DNA from: Eledone cirrhosa
Taxonomy: Eukaryota
Length of the DNA stretch: 64,000 nucleotides
NCBI GenBank assembly: GCA_964016885.1
Contig: OZ024742.1
Span: 127,472,001 to 127,536,000, forward strand
Direction: 5' to 3'
Shown: one piece after another, positions 24,820 through 39,684 of the stretch
How positions within the stretch are numbered: the first letter of the stretch is position 1
How the letters are laid out: every line of letters starts with the position of its first letter
Notes under the pieces: model-generated
Told to the model about the DNA's origin: nothing
Database searches by the model: none
What the model saw: only the letters and a program-made list of their open reading frames with translations
Program-made: the position numbers and the translations under genes

Positions 24820-27410
24820 AAACGCCGATACCTGAAGAAGGTAGATGAGGGAAAAGTGCTTAATAAAAGATTCAGACGAAACCAAACATCAGTCTATAGA
24901 GATATGAAGGGCAAAATAATAAGTGTCACTGAGGCCCCATCCCAGAAAGACATAGATTCTTTTTTGGAGCAAAATATGGGGTGAAAAGAAGAATTTCAAC
25001 CAAGATGCAGTGTGGTTAAGAGAAATCCGAAAGAACTATTGCTCCTACACTACAACAAAAACATACAAAATAAGTGAGGGTACCCTTGAGACTGTGATAG
25101 GAAAACTCCAAGATAAGAAAACACCAGGAAGAGACATGATTGTCGGCTACTGGTACAAAAAACTGATATTCTATCGGAGGTATCTTACTGACCTCTACCA
25201 ACAAGTTCTTAAGGGAGATACACTTATACCAGAATGGTTGACATTAGCACAAACATTACTGGTCCCCAAGAACAAAGACACCCACTTGGAAAAAAACTAC
25301 CGACCCATTGCATGCCAGAACATGATGTATAAGATGTATACAGCCTGCCTGAACCTATTCCTCCAAGATCACTGTGAAAATAATAACATCATCACAGATG
25401 AACAAGCAGCTGGAAAGAAAGGGGTTTGGGGATGTGCTGAACAACTCCTAATCAACAAAACTGCGATGTCGGAGGTGCGACAACTTAGGAGGAATATGGC
25501 TACAGTCTGGCTGGACTACAGGAAAGCTTTTTATTCTGTTCCCCACTCTTTGATGATAGAGGTCCTCCAACTTGCTAAAGTCCCAGACATTATTGTCAGA
25601 GCCATAGAGGGCTGTTTTCTTCTTGGGCTACTATCCTAAGGTTAAAGACAGAGAGGGAGGACTCTATTTTTACTGATAAAATAAAATATTGCAGGGGTAT
25701 ATTTCAGGGGGACAGTCTTTCTGTGATATTATTCATCTTGTCATTAAACCCCTTGTCCTTTCTGCTCAAGAAATGTGAGGGATACATCATTGGCTCACAG
25801 GAGGACAGAAATACGAACCTAACCCATAATTTCTTTGTGGACAATCTGAAACTCTATGCCAAGAACATGGATGGGATGAAGAAAAATCTTGACCTGGTTA
25901 CAGCGTTCTCAAAGGATATAGGAATGGAGTTTGGCCAAGATAAATGCTCATACATGACTGTAAAGTTGGGAAAAACAACAACTCAATCTAGCAACATTGT
26001 CATCAATGGCCTAACTGTTTCACCGATATCTGATGAGGACTGCTACAGATATCTGGGGATAGATGAGAACATATCCTATAATGGTATCTGTAATAAAGAA
26101 TGCGTAACCAGGGATTACTACACCCGATTAAGATAGATCTGGTCATCGGAACTCTCTGCACAAAACAAAACAGTGGCTCACAATGTGTTTGCTGTGCCTG
26201 TCCTAACACCAACGTTTGGAATACTGAATTGGAAGATCGACGAAATCCGAGCAGTTGATGTTGGAACTCGAAGAATACTGAACAACACAAGAAACTTCCA
26301 CATCAACAGTGACATAGACCGCCTTTACTTGAAACGTAAGCAGGGAGGCAGAGGCCTAACATCAGTCCAGACAACATTTGAATGTCGCATCATATCTCTC
26401 CGACAACATCTACGAACCTCGAAGCGTAGGAGCCCGTTTCTCGAGCAAGTCTATCTGCATGAAACAGATAAGATCATGAGAGTTGGGAAGGAACTTCGAG
26501 AGATATTCCCTGTGTGATAATCAAAAACTCACACCCAGGGTATAAACTCACACCCAGCAGTATCGCAGTGAATCAATGGATGAAAAACTGCATGCTTATC
26601 CGCAAAAAATCATGCATGGATATGTTGCCAGGAAGCTCCAGAGTGAGAGTAATATAGATAAGGAAAGTAGTCTATCTTGGACCAACAACCGCTATATTGG
26701 CTCCCACTTTGAAGGATACGCTTTTGCAATCCAGGAACAGGAGATTAACACGAAATACCTGATTCACAAAAGAGATAGGGATGCAGGCAAAACCCCTAGA
26801 TGTGATAACAAGTGCAGACTCTGCAGAACTAACATTGAGGATATCACCCATGTCATCAGCAGCTGTCCAAAGATCTCATCACGGTACTATCTACCTATGA
26901 GGCATGATGTAGTGGCCAAAACACTGTACAATGCAGTTCGTAAAAAAGATAGCCCCGATAATAAACACATTAAAAGCTACAGCAATGTGGAAGACATCCA
27001 TGTACATAATATGAAAGAGTACTGGTGGAATGTTCCAGTAAAAACCCCAATAAAATGCAAGCATAACAGACCAGATATTATGATATGGGACAGGGAGAAG
27101 AAAGCATGCACAGTAGTGGAAATTAGCTGCCCAGCAGATGCCAATATAATATCAAAGATTAGTGAAAAGGAGAATATTTATGCAGAACTGATGAGAAATC
27201 TGCAGATACTCCACCCTGATTACACCTTCAGATTTATGCCTGTGATTATTGGGGCACTGGGATATGTTAGTAACTGCCTCAATACAAATCTTGAGAAGCT
27301 AGGCTTCACAGGAACAGAAAGAACACAACTAGTTAGGAAATTACAAGTAAAATACATTAATGGAACAGTAAAAATATGTAAAACATTCCAAACATTTTGC
27401 ACCTAATAAC
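24820..27410 (+). mobile_element. R4/Dong-like non-LTR retrotransposon (RT, CCHC finger, restriction-like endonuclease), frameshifted and 5' truncated
   Basis: NYRPIAC, WLDYRKAF, RGIFQGDSLS, YRYLG, RLYLKRKQGGRGL, CRLC...HVISSC, RHD and NRPD motifs across four ORFs. Confidence 0.9.
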
Positions 27411-28285
27411 TGCATATACACATGTACAGATGCAAAGCATATACTCATGCACACACACAACTCAAAACATACACATCCACACATACAATAACATCCATAT
27501 CTACACATGCATGCATACATACATATCTACCTAGTTGATGTTGTGTAAATTCCAATGAGAGAGTCCTGTTGTCTATGTTAGAAACCGACTCTCTCTCTAT
27601 TGGTAAAACTTTGTGAAATTATAAAACCAGAAGAACATACATACATACATACATAAATAGATACATACATGGGGGCTGCCAACTCGTTTTCGAGTACGGT
27701 CACTACTTTATATCCATGTAGGAGAACCCCTACCGATGCGCTGAACGAGTGTGACTTTTTAGTCCAGCCAGCGACTTGAAAACTCTGGTACAAATACTAC
27801 ACTTGTGACAATTATTGACACATAGTGCTGGGCCCATGGTACCATGTGACGACAAGTACAGAGAGATCTCCAGATATAAAGCAATGCCTGTGCTGTGAAG
27901 CTTTTATAGTGAGCAAAGGCACTGCACAAAGACAGTCCCACTCTCTTAACCAAGATGATATTTACCAAAAAGAAGAACAAGTCAACATCATTGGATAGCA
28001 TCAGGGTTGCAGGTGTTATATCAGAGTTTTCCTTCTCCTAGAATTCTGCCTTGACAAAGGCTAAGGGGTCATCTCTCCCGGTAATTTTGGATGGCCATTG
28101 ACTCTTAAGAGCTCCTTTGCCCTTTGACAGGTTTTGTTTTTAGTCCTGCAGGATGTCCAAAGTTACCCTCCTCACCAAGAAACCTTGGTGGGTTGCCAGT
28201 TTAGTCGCCAACGACCCGACCATGAGACAGGTTGTACTGGGATACATGTAACCAGTAGCACCAACTGGTGACCTGACATAAATAC

Positions 28286-28320
<35 letters not shown>

Positions 28321-28589
28321 CACATAAACTGGAAACATTCTCCCAAACTTGTAGAAAACATATAATGAAACAATTGTTTGGAAAGAGAGATATACTTTAA
28401 CTTTAATTATATCTCATAAAATAATACAACTGGTTTTTCCACATTATACATATTGTTAGCACCCCAAACACTTAAATTCGGTTTATATTTTAATATAACC
28501 TAATGTTTGTTGAGTGAGATGGTTACCAGTCAGAGTTTAGCTTTAAACTATCTCTGTTATTGTATTAAATTATATATATATATATATAT

Positions 28590-28730
28590 AGTGGTAGAAC
28601 ACTGGAAGGTAATATCCGTAGAGGTAGAGCACTCAGTCCATGGGACGAGTTAGGTAGAAGTGGTTACACAACAGTTAGTTCACCATACCGAGAACAATTG
28701 TTTCACCTTAGCACATCCTCAGCTCGTAGA
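28590..28730 (-). mobile_element. Penelope-like pseudo-LTR remnant with decayed hammerhead (28688-28726)
   Basis: Minus strand cgag CTGAGGA ... GAA ACAATTGT T ctcgg; homologous to 63655-63730; (TA)n on both sides. Confidence 0.6.
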
Positions 28731-28731
28731 T

Positions 28732-28815
<84 letters not shown>

Positions 28816-29485
28816 ATTAAATAAATGGAAACTATATTTATAAAACCATATTTATTTCATTATATATATTTCAGGGATATCATATTAACAATATGTTATG
28901 CCTTCTTCAGACAAAATACAATATAAACAGTCTTATAAATAAATAGATACGACATACCTTTCAATCGACTTGCATTTGGGAAGTTGAATTGGCAGTAAAA
29001 ATATTATGGACAGTTGTATATGTGTGTGTATGGGTGTGTGTGTGTGTATGTATGAATGTATGTATGTGTATATGTGTATATATGTGTATGTGTGTGTAAG
29101 TGTACGTTTTATATATATGTGTATATGTATATATATGTATGCGTACATATATATATATGTATATATGTATGTGTGTGTAAGTATGGTTTTGTGATTTTGT
29201 GTGTGTGTTTGCATGTGTAGTTTTATTTTATTTTTCCTTTCCTTCTCCCTTCTCCAGCCTCACTTTCATATAGATTGCATTTTTGTTTTTTAAAATCAAA
29301 ATTCAATAAACAAACCAGGATTTTTTCATTCTGAGGATTGAAAGCAAAACCTTTTGCTTTTAAGAAACCACTGGTAAATGGAATAATTGCCTTATGTTGT
29401 TTATTACATAATAATAATAATTAAGCTCTGTTGCCTACATAGAGCACTCTTTTTTCCTGGACCTTTCCGATGGAATTACTTCATT

Positions 29486-29528
<43 letters not shown>

Positions 29529-30279
29529 GATAAAGATGGGGTCACTATTGATTTATAGAGACTTAACCTAATAATTTTCTAACTTCTTTTTTCCATGGCA
29601 CTCAAGAAAAATAAGGCTACTGTCAGAATCGTTTTTTTGTTTGTTTGTTTGTTTGTTTTCTACTAACAACATAACTTCAATGGAAACAAAGAAAAGGTTT
29701 AAAAGAAAACCAACAGCATTGGAATGACGAAAACAATCATAAAATTCTGACAAACTGACATTTTACTCTTTGTTACCATATATATTTGTTCTCATGACAT
29801 GCTAAATATGCAGCAATTCATCCCATATTTTAAAAGAAGGACATCTAACAATGTCAACTACCAACTATATTTACAGCTGTCTCGATGACGGAAACAATTA
29901 TAAATGATCATCCCATTTCAGCACATAATTGTGTTCAATGGGAGACAACTATGTCACTCACATAGGATTTCTTCCTTTAAAACATTGGTAAATGTTGGCA
30001 TGAGAATGATTAGCAAAGCTGCATCCCATGGGCTCCACCGAATTTTAACATCTTAGATCAGAAAATTTCTTTCAGTTGCAATATGTGTTGAGAAAAACTG
30101 AATGCAAGTCTGTTGTGTGTATGTATTTGGGGGAGTGTGAAGAAAAGAAATACATTTCAAATATTTTTTTATCAACCGGGGAATGAAAAAAATCTCTTAT
30201 TTATTCTAAAAGTCTATTGAGCAAAAAGTTCTTTCTTCAATATTCCAAAAAGAAAATAAAGAAAACTCTTTCAAAAATT

Positions 30280-32450
30280 CTTCTTCACCCACATAATCCT
30301 GAGAGGGTCCTGGGGGCAGAGTCCTCAAACACTTCTTCCAGCGGGTCCTGTTAAAAGTAACCATCTCCTTCCAGCAGGTCCTGTCAGAAGTAACCATCTC
30401 AAAATGACCTGGCTGGATTCCCAAGCAAGACCAGCCAAGCTCATGGATGTTATCCAACCATCTTACTTGGGGTCTATCCCTGGGTCTCCTACTGGTTGGT
30501 TTTGCCCATAAAATCTGTCCAGCGATTCTTACCTGAGACATTCTAACCACATGTCCATAGTATTAGAGCTGTGATCTCTCAATTTGGAGAAGTAGTGGCT
30601 CTACCTGGAGTGACTCTCTAATCTCTGAGCTACGCACTCTATTGAGTAATGTTACTCTGAAGACCCTTTGGAGGGACCTCATTTCAGCCATTTGTATTCA
30701 CAATGGTATTCTGTTGGTCATTACCCAAATGTCATTACCATAGGTGAGGGTTGGCACGAATACCGAATTGAAGATAGTGAGTTTGGCTTTTACACCTACC
30801 TCCCTTCTTCTGATTACCGAATGCTGAAGCTGGCACATTAGTGTACCAGCTCCTGCAATTCTTGCACTTAATTCAGCTGCCTGCCATCCATTACTTGTGA
30901 ACATGGCCCTGAGATACTCAAACTTCTCTACCTGCTTCAGTGGAACTTCATTCACATGTAGAGTGCACTAGGCAGCAGTTTCTGCAGCACTGATTTTCAT
31001 TCCAGCCATGCAGCACTCGGCATCAAACCTATCAAGTACAAGTTGGAGATCTGCTTCTGTTGAGTTAAGTGACATCATGTTGTTTGCAAACTCCAGCCAA
31101 CTGATTTTACACCTGCCAATCATGATACCACTTCCAGCCCGGCTGCGCATGACAATAATGAACAGGAGAGGTGACAGTACGCACCCTTGGTGAGCCCAAA
31201 TCCTACATTAAATGGGTTCGATTTAGCACCATTTATCTGAACACATATACTTGGGTATTTGTATAGAGACATCAGGGCAGTAAGAAGCTGACCATCAACC
31301 CCATACTCATGCAGAACCTTCCACAACAGGTCCTGAGGAATGCGATCATAGGCCTTTTCGAGGTAAACAAAACATGAATATACCTCTTGGTGATACTTGC
31401 ACTATTTCTTAAAGACCTGCCAGTGTGAATATTTGGTCGGTTGTGCTGCGTCCAGGGCAAAAACGGCACTGTTCATCAGCTAACTTGGACTCGACAATCT
31501 CCCTGCATCTCTTTGCCAGACACTTAGAATTTACTTTACCAGGGAAGTTTAACAAGGAGATCCCTCTGTAATTGGAACAATCTCTCTTACCTCCCTTATT
31601 GAAAATTGGGATTATCACTCTTGATTGCCATTGCTTAGGTGCCTTTCCAGAGAATAACTTCTCCATTTAAGGCTTTTAACATCTCAGGCTGGATCTCATT
31701 TTCCTCACTTGCCATGCCACATTCAAGCTCTTTAAATGCTCTTGTGACCTCAGTCTGTGCGATTAATCACTGCTCCCAGTTGCGCCTCGTGTACATCAGA
31801 AGATGATGTTGTGAGTGGGGTATAAGGGGAATCAGGGTCAGAGATCAATAATTGATTTGTTATTGTCTCTGATCTCTTGGATTCTGTGTTGAATGTTCGT
31901 GTTAATAGAAGGGCTGAGCTGTCAACTGATCACCATCAAGTTATCTGCAACTTGTCACTACCTAAAGCCAAAGAAGCCCATCAAAACTGGCAGGTCCAGG
32001 GCGATCTACAGGATAAAGTGGGACGCGTTGGTGGATAAGTAAGTCAGGATTAGATATGCCGATACTATTGCATCCAAATTCAGAGAAATTCCCGGGCAAA
32101 CTGTGACAGAGATTGTTCAGCAAAGCAGTTTCTTCTTCAGCTGATAAATACTGCGGGCAAATAAGCAGGAGGACCCCTTGGTTCGATCAAGAATTCAAAG
32201 ATGCCACCCGAGCAAAGGAGGCCTACAAAGCTTGGCTTGAAAATAATTTCTCCTCCTTGCACTTGCAGTAGAAGCAGGAACGAATAATCACAGCAGTAAT
32301 GGCGTCCAAAGTTAAGACATGAGAGGACTTTGGGGTTAAGCTGGAATCCAACTTCAGATCACCTGATAAAGTGTTCTGACAAACCGTCTTCGTAATAAGA
32401 AGTCTCCCTCCACAACTGCTATCACGAACACGTCTGGGGTTCTCCTAAAA
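30280..32450 (-). mobile_element. RTE LINE (family B) with inverted 5' segment
   Basis: RT on minus strand 30280-31820 (NYRGISLL, FEYL); APE endonuclease end RAELSTDHHQV on plus strand within 31830-32450. Confidence 0.85.
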
Positions 32451-33189
32451 TCGATCTTTCAAAAACTAGCCTTTAAAATTCTCTTTCGAATATTTTCTAT
32501 TCACTCGTGGAACAAAGAAAAAATCTTTAATTTATAATAAATAAACCTCTTTCGAATACTTTTAAATTAGCTGATTAAGAATAAATACAGAAAGCAAATA
32601 GTTTTATAATTGTCATTAATGAATTATTTTACTGGTGTCGTTCACTACTCCCACTAACACTCTTCATGTGCCAAAAGTAGAAACAATTATTATTATACGT
32701 ATTAATTCCGTATGAAGTTCACAGTACCTAGTTCTAAAGTGAATGTGTAAAAAGCGAAATTTGTTAGATGAAAAACGAAACTCTAAGAGAAGCATAGTTC
32801 TATTAGTACTGCTCTTGCCGCAAACATTACATACCGCTAACTCAGACTACTACCCAAATTGTAATTATATATATCCATGTGTTCATGCTTAAGTAGGATA
32901 GCTTATTGTAATAGAAAGTGCTTTGAATGATTGAATATACATTGTAGTAATTATTTTCTTTCACACGCTTAAATGTCATACAAAATGTGATATATATTGA
33001 CGCTGAAAAGGGAACGTTTCAAGCAATAATCTCAAAGTGGGTTTCATAACTAGTTACTGATGTAAAACTATAGTCTCCAACATGACTATATAAAAAAATT
33101 ATAAACTGAAGCATTAACAATCAAAAGAAAAAAAACTACTACAATAATTTATAGTATTTAGTTAATAATATTTCATACGATTACAGTTG

Positions 33190-33261
33190 TCCCATGTGGT
33201 CTAGTGGTTAGGATTCCTGGCTTTCACCCAGGCGGCCCGGGTTCGATTCCCGGCATGGGAA
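33190..33261 (+). tRNA. trnE-TTC: tRNA-Glu (anticodon TTC)
   Basis: 72-nt cloverleaf TCCCATG...CATGGGA-A, anticodon arm CCTGG CTTTCAC CCAGG, intact A and B boxes. Confidence 0.96.
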
Positions 33262-33268
33262 CGGCATA

Positions 33269-33274
33269 TTTTTT
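33269..33274 (+). terminator. RNA polymerase III terminator (T6)
   Basis: TTTTTT begins 8 nt after the tRNA-Glu discriminator base. Confidence 0.85.
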
Positions 33275-33439
33275 ATATACTTTTTTTTTGTGAAATTTCA
33301 ATTTATATACTATTACGCTGAAACTTCGAAATCAGTATTTTACCTGAATACGTTATTTCAATCTACACCTGCATTGATTCTTATTCATTTTCGAAATAAC
33401 TAACATTCACCTCCTTTTCGCTCTTGTCTTCTGACGCCT

Positions 33440-36326
33440 TCATATCTAATGTAGGTGAGCTATGAGGCCCTCTTATCAGCACTTTCCCTTCCACCCACAC
33501 GCGGTTGTGCCTAGCACCTAGGCTGGTGACAACCAGCCGCTCGGTGCCCCAGTCCCCGGACCCACACCCCATCCTCCATCCCCACCAGTCGACGCCTGCA
33601 GCACTTGCAGCACCACGAACAGAGAGAAGAGGGGCCGGAACTGTGTTGGCTTGACATGTCGAGCCTCCAGTGCCCTCGCAGCGTGGAGATGCAGAAACTG
33701 TCTCTTCCCCTCGTCTGCCCAGCTACGGCCGTCTGGCACACCACCAGATGAGACAGTGAGCTTGCCTGACGCCCAAGCCTTGCTGGTCAACATCGCTCGG
33801 CTCAGGCGGCTCCGAAAGATCCCACTCAGGATCCCGAGAGCGGCCTGGGTGCCGGAGCCGATGCCCTCGCTTCCTCGATTGAGAGCGCCCTGGGCTCCAA
33901 TCGAGCCAGCGACTAGGAGCGACTCTTCTATTTCGCCCCACTCGCCCTCGGCCTTCCCAGCTCTGGCACTGACCGTGGTGGCCAGACGACAGCAGCTTTT
34001 GTCAAGGTCAATGTATCGTCCTTTGGGCAAGCGCCAATTCCAAGCGTGCCTAGGGACACTACACGCCCCACCCTCGGGGACCCCCAATCCTCCACACCTG
34101 AGGCCAGCGCCAAGCGTTTGCATGACCGCGTAAATGCCAAATTAATCATAGGTGATGTCTAGGCCGCAGTCAGAGTGGTTGCCTCACAGGACACTGTCCT
34201 CCAACCCACCGAGGAGGTCCTCGCTGCCCTGCGACTCAAGCACCCTGAGCCACCCGCTGACCTCAGACCAATGCCACCACCCATTCCCCACTTGCTTCTT
34301 CTGGCTTCCCAGCTAGCAGCAGCGGAGGTGCTGATGGTCTCCGACCAAGCCACCTCAAGGAGTTGCTATCACCCCTCTCCGCTGAGGCTGGGCGCCGCCT
34401 TCTGAGTGCAATGGTGGCACTCACCAATAGGCTTATCCATAGGCTGCCAAGGTGGTTAGCAGGTCCATAACACCCGAACTGGGTGAGAAGTTCAGTCCGG
34501 TGCAACTGGGTGTCGGCGTGTCCGGTGGCTGTGAGGAGGTCGCACATGCAACCAGGCAGTTTTCAACAGCTGCTCACCGGAACCGGCATCCAGGGACTCC
34601 ATGCACCGCACTGTCAAGCTTGACATGAGGAATGCCTTTAACTACTGACGCCGGGACCATCTGCTCGATGCCTGCCTCAGCCGAGCCCCCTCTGCCTACC
34701 CGCTGGCCTACCTGTCGTATGGAGCCCCGAGCATGCTCTTTGCTACTGATACGGTCATACCTTCGACCACTGGGGTCCAACAGGGCGACCCTTTGGGCCC
34801 CCTCCTGTTTTGCCCTTGGTATAGACCACATCGCCCGGAGTATTACGGCCCCTCTCAACGTTTGGTATCTGGATGATGCTACGTTGGGCGGGCCCGTACA
34901 GACTGTCAGCCATGACCTACAATCGGTGGCTCCTGCCCTGGCGGGAATCGGCCTCCAGGTCAACTCAGAGGTGGTGAATGTCAGCCACGATGCTGAGAGC
35001 TTTGCAGCCTCCGTCACGGACATGCGGTCCATTCTCCACCAGGTACCGGTGACCCCTAAAGAGGATGTTCTCAACCTCGGGTCACCGGTACACCCGCCGG
35101 CCATCCACTCCAGGCTTCAACAACTCCAGACCCTCACGAGCCGACTGGGCTTGATCGACGGTCACCCAGCTCTCTTTCTGTTGAGGAACTGCTTCACCAT
35201 GCCGAAGCTCCTCTCTACCCTTCGCACCGCTCCGTGATACACCCACGTATCTCTCCTCGTTGACCTCAATACTCTGTATCCGAGCAGCAGCCGAGGAGAT
35301 ATGCAACGTCAGGTTTGACGACATTGGATGGCAACAGGCCACTTTACCAGTCCCCGATCTCACTGGCTTTGCCGGCGTTTCTTTCGTCGGTAACCTCGTG
35401 CTGCGTCCTCGTCAGCAGGGTTCTCCAAAACACAATAGAACCCTCTGTGTTCAGGGAACGTGAGGCCGCCTGTGAGACCGGCTGGGACTCAGCCCAGTAG
35501 ACGTCCCTCCTCATTCTCCCCCTGCTGACGTCAAGTCCCCCCCCCCAAGCATAGGGATGCCATCCAGTGCACCCTGGCTTCAGACAGGCTCACGCGCCAG
35601 CTCGACCAGCACCGCCTTGCCTGTTTTCGTGCGGCCTCCAAACCCGACAGTGATGCCTGGCTCCATGCCCTGCCCTCCTTCTCCATTGCCACGCAGCTAG
35701 ACAACAATAGCCTGCGCATCGGTATTTCCTTGAGGCTCGGCCTCCGGATCTGTGAGCCACACCAATGTCGCTGTGGATCCACTGTGGACCCTTTCGGCCT
35801 CCACCCGCTTTCCTGTCGCCACAGTGCCAGCCGCCTTCCACGCCATGCTGCCCTCAACGAGCTCATAAAGCATGGCTTGGATGCTGCAGGCTTCCCTTCC
35901 CAGCTCGAGCCGGTGGGGCTGGACCGAGGAGACGGCAAAAGGGCAGATGGCATGACCATCTTCCCATTCCGCGGTGGCAAACCCCTCGTCTAGGATGCCA
36001 CTTGCAACGACACATTCTCCAGCCGCAACCTGGTGTAGTCTGCGACTAACCCAGGTTCTGCTGCACGCCGGGCTGAGGAGGCCAAGCTCTTCAAATACCG
36101 GTCGCTCTCCGACAGGTTTGCGGTTGTACCCTTGGCAGTTGAGACTTCTGGTGTCCTCGGCCCTAGGGCTCCCTCCCCTCTCACCACCATAGGCGCTGAG
36201 CTGGCCAGCCGCAGGTGTGAACCCCGCGAGTTGGAGTGGCTTTCCCAGCGCGTTTACCTTGCCGCCCTCCGGGGAAACGCCTTCTCTATTCTCTCCGCCG
36301 GGGCTGTGGAGAAGCCACCACTATGA
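33440..36326 (+). mobile_element. Long, degenerate CRE-like non-LTR retrotransposon
   Basis: GC-rich block with IPLRIPRAA, GVQQGDPLGPLLF, WYLDD, CRCG...HPLSC, RHAALN and DGKRADG motifs; many frameshifts. Confidence 0.88.
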
Positions 36327-36438
36327 TTGACTGACTTGTCATTTTATCAGTCAACCATTCACCACAACTTGGACAGCTGAAGAATACTTATGTTTGTGTG
36401 AATCGTAAACTAGAGTATTGTCTTTCTCTCTTTGTGTC

Positions 36439-38856
36439 TGTAGCAAGCTACTTTCCTCTGGCGCATTGATACCCTTTCCATGCGTTGTTTGGCTGAGTTC
36501 AGCCAATCGCTAGCAGCGTAGGGAAATGTACCTCAACTTCCGCTTAGAGGGAGAAATTCGCGCTTCTTTTCGATAAACTCTCTCTCTTGCAGCTCGGCAC
36601 GTTAAGGTAAAAACCTCTTGAATTCGTTCCTCAAGCATAAACAATATGTAACAACAAAACATCACTACGGACCTGGCTAACGCCTCAGCCAGTTGACCGT
36701 ACCTTCTCAAACCTTAATTTTGTTTGTTCATTTCTTTTGGCACGCCATCCAACCAAGCTCTCCTCATCTTTATTAAATACAAACTTCATTGGTGACCCCG
36801 ACGCGAGCCACCGGACTGGTTTCTGTCACTGCTGCCAAAATGGCTTCAACATTAGGAGGCAGCCTAGAGAAAAAAAGTTGTTTGATCATGGCGCTGTCGG
36901 CTGGTGCGTCTTCCGCGAGCTCTCTCGTTATCCGTGGGAGCTGAGTAGGTCTGCAGTCGCCTAGATGCACGTCGTTCACGAGAGTACGAAACTTCCTACC
37001 TGCGGAGACAGAAGTGCGGTTAAAAATTCCCTTTTCTTTTTTTTTACACTATTATACGTAGCTGCCGGAGACGGGTCGATAATTCAGTTATTGACCGTTG
37101 ATGTTAAGGAAGCAGCAATGGCACTTGGCAAAGGATGGAGCTGTCTAGAGTCGGAAGATATATTACGTGCTAGGAAAAACGATTCCATCTGTGCAAGCCA
37201 GATCCGCACATCACCGCCAAACGCCGGTAGTGAATTGCTTGCCATTGCCGATGGTGATATAAGGACTGCTTCTCACGACTGAAAGAAACAGGAGATAGAC
37301 GTTCGTAAACTTCACCGCAAACAATAACTGGATTATTCCTCTTGTATAAAAATGACACATGGCAGTGACATAAAAAAAAAACTATCTAAATTGGCGACCC
37401 CGTCGCGAGAACATTTTCGAACTAAATATTCCTCTAAAAAAAAATAAGAAGTAGTATTTTAAGAAAGAAAATAACACGCAAGCTTTCTTGTATTGTATTG
37501 TATTGTATTGTATCAAAACTCCATGTAAAAATGTTCTTGATAACATGACATCACGTTGTTTGCCTTCAATGAACCTGCCTAAGAAAACATTCTTTGAGGA
37601 AAAATTAGCTGTAATTGAAAAATTTATAGCGCGAGAAAATTTTTTTTAACATGGCTTCCACTGACAGGAACAACAACAACAACAGCAGCAGCAGCGACAA
37701 CATTGGTTAACCACTAACCATAAACACGGGAAAGATGCTTTCAAAATAACAACTTCGTCACATCAGCAGTGTAATCGTCAACAATGTGACAGCTTTACAG
37801 CCTTACCGACGCAACCCACTACACTTTCGAATTACGGGATTACAGCTTCAACTGCGACCTACCAACAGATTCAACTTTTTGCTTTCTTTTCAAAGCAACT
37901 TTAGCCATTTTTTCTGGCTGCCAAGCATTTTCGGCAATTCACTGGGAGGCCGACAATTTCTCGCCTACCCATCAACTCCTTGCCAGCACCTGCGAATATT
38001 GACTCACATCTTATGGCCGCATAACAGCCATCATAGAGTCGTTGGATCTTTCTTCGCCGGAATTAGCAATCGGTAAATGCAGATACCTGCCCGTACACAG
38101 CTACTGATAAACTACCATAACAACTTCATCCACACAGCTCTGGTACAACATTTACCATAACAGCTACACAGCTCTGGTAAAACAATTACCATAACAACTA
38201 ACATTTAATGCAAGAACAGCAAATTTTCGCCCATGTTAGACTTTATCCGTTTTCTGTTAGACCCCGGGTGGTCACGTATAAATAGCAAAACAGCTAGTCA
38301 TTTGACACAGCAGCTTAACAAGTCCCTTAGCGCCTCACTTACAATTTTTTTTCTTGCATGAATTCTTTTGTTTAATTTTTTCATTGATGTGCTCTCTTTC
38401 AGCGTTTTCCTGCTAGTAATCAATGCGAATTCAATCTTATTTATCATCCTTCCGGACTAAATGGGGGGTATCGTAGCAAGCTACTTTCCTTTGGCGCATT
38501 GATACCCTTTCCGTGCGTTATTTGGTTGAGTTCAGCCAATCGCTAGCAGCGTAGAGAAATGTACCTCAACTTCCGTCCAGAGGGAGATATTTCCGCTTCT
38601 TTTCGATAAACTCTCTCTCTTGCAGCTCTTGCACCGTTAAGGTAAACACCTCTTGAATACGTTCCTCAAGCATAAACAATATGTAATAACAAAACATCAC
38701 TACGGGCCTGGCTAACGCCTCAGCCAGTTGACCGTACCTCCTCAAACCTTAATTTTGTTTGTTCATTTCTTTTGGCATGCCAGCCCAGCTAACGTAGCTC
38801 TTCTCGCAATCTTTGTTAATAAATTATATTAAAACTTATAAAGTCTTATGATGTTA
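36439..38856 (+). mobile_element. Non-autonomous Gypsy-type LTR element 1
   Basis: LTRs 36439-36788 (TG...CA) and 38472 to about 38856; tRNA-Trp PBS TGGTGACCCCGACGCGA at 36790; PPT ATGGGGGGTA at 38461. The 3' end abuts a Helitron and no TSD was confirmed. Confidence 0.85.
36807..37245 (-). pseudogene. gag: Gypsy gag N-terminal fragment (DUF7041-like), antisense to its host LTR element
   Basis: MASNSLPAFGGDVRIWLAQMESFFLARNI ... LGDCRPTQL ... IKQLFFSRLPPNVEAILA, with frameshifts. Confidence 0.8.

Positions 38857-39684
<828 letters not shown>

Noticed and set aside
24828-24885. CTGAAGA...CGAAAC hammerhead-like pair
   Set aside because: No supporting stems; lies in the coding region of the R4-like element.
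32715-32850. Possible minus-strand exon with donor AG|GTACTG
   Set aside because: Weak donor, short low-complexity frame, no other support.
33518-35104. Long GC-rich minus-strand ORFs (201, 176 aa)
   Set aside because: Antisense frames of the CRE-like element; expected at this GC content.
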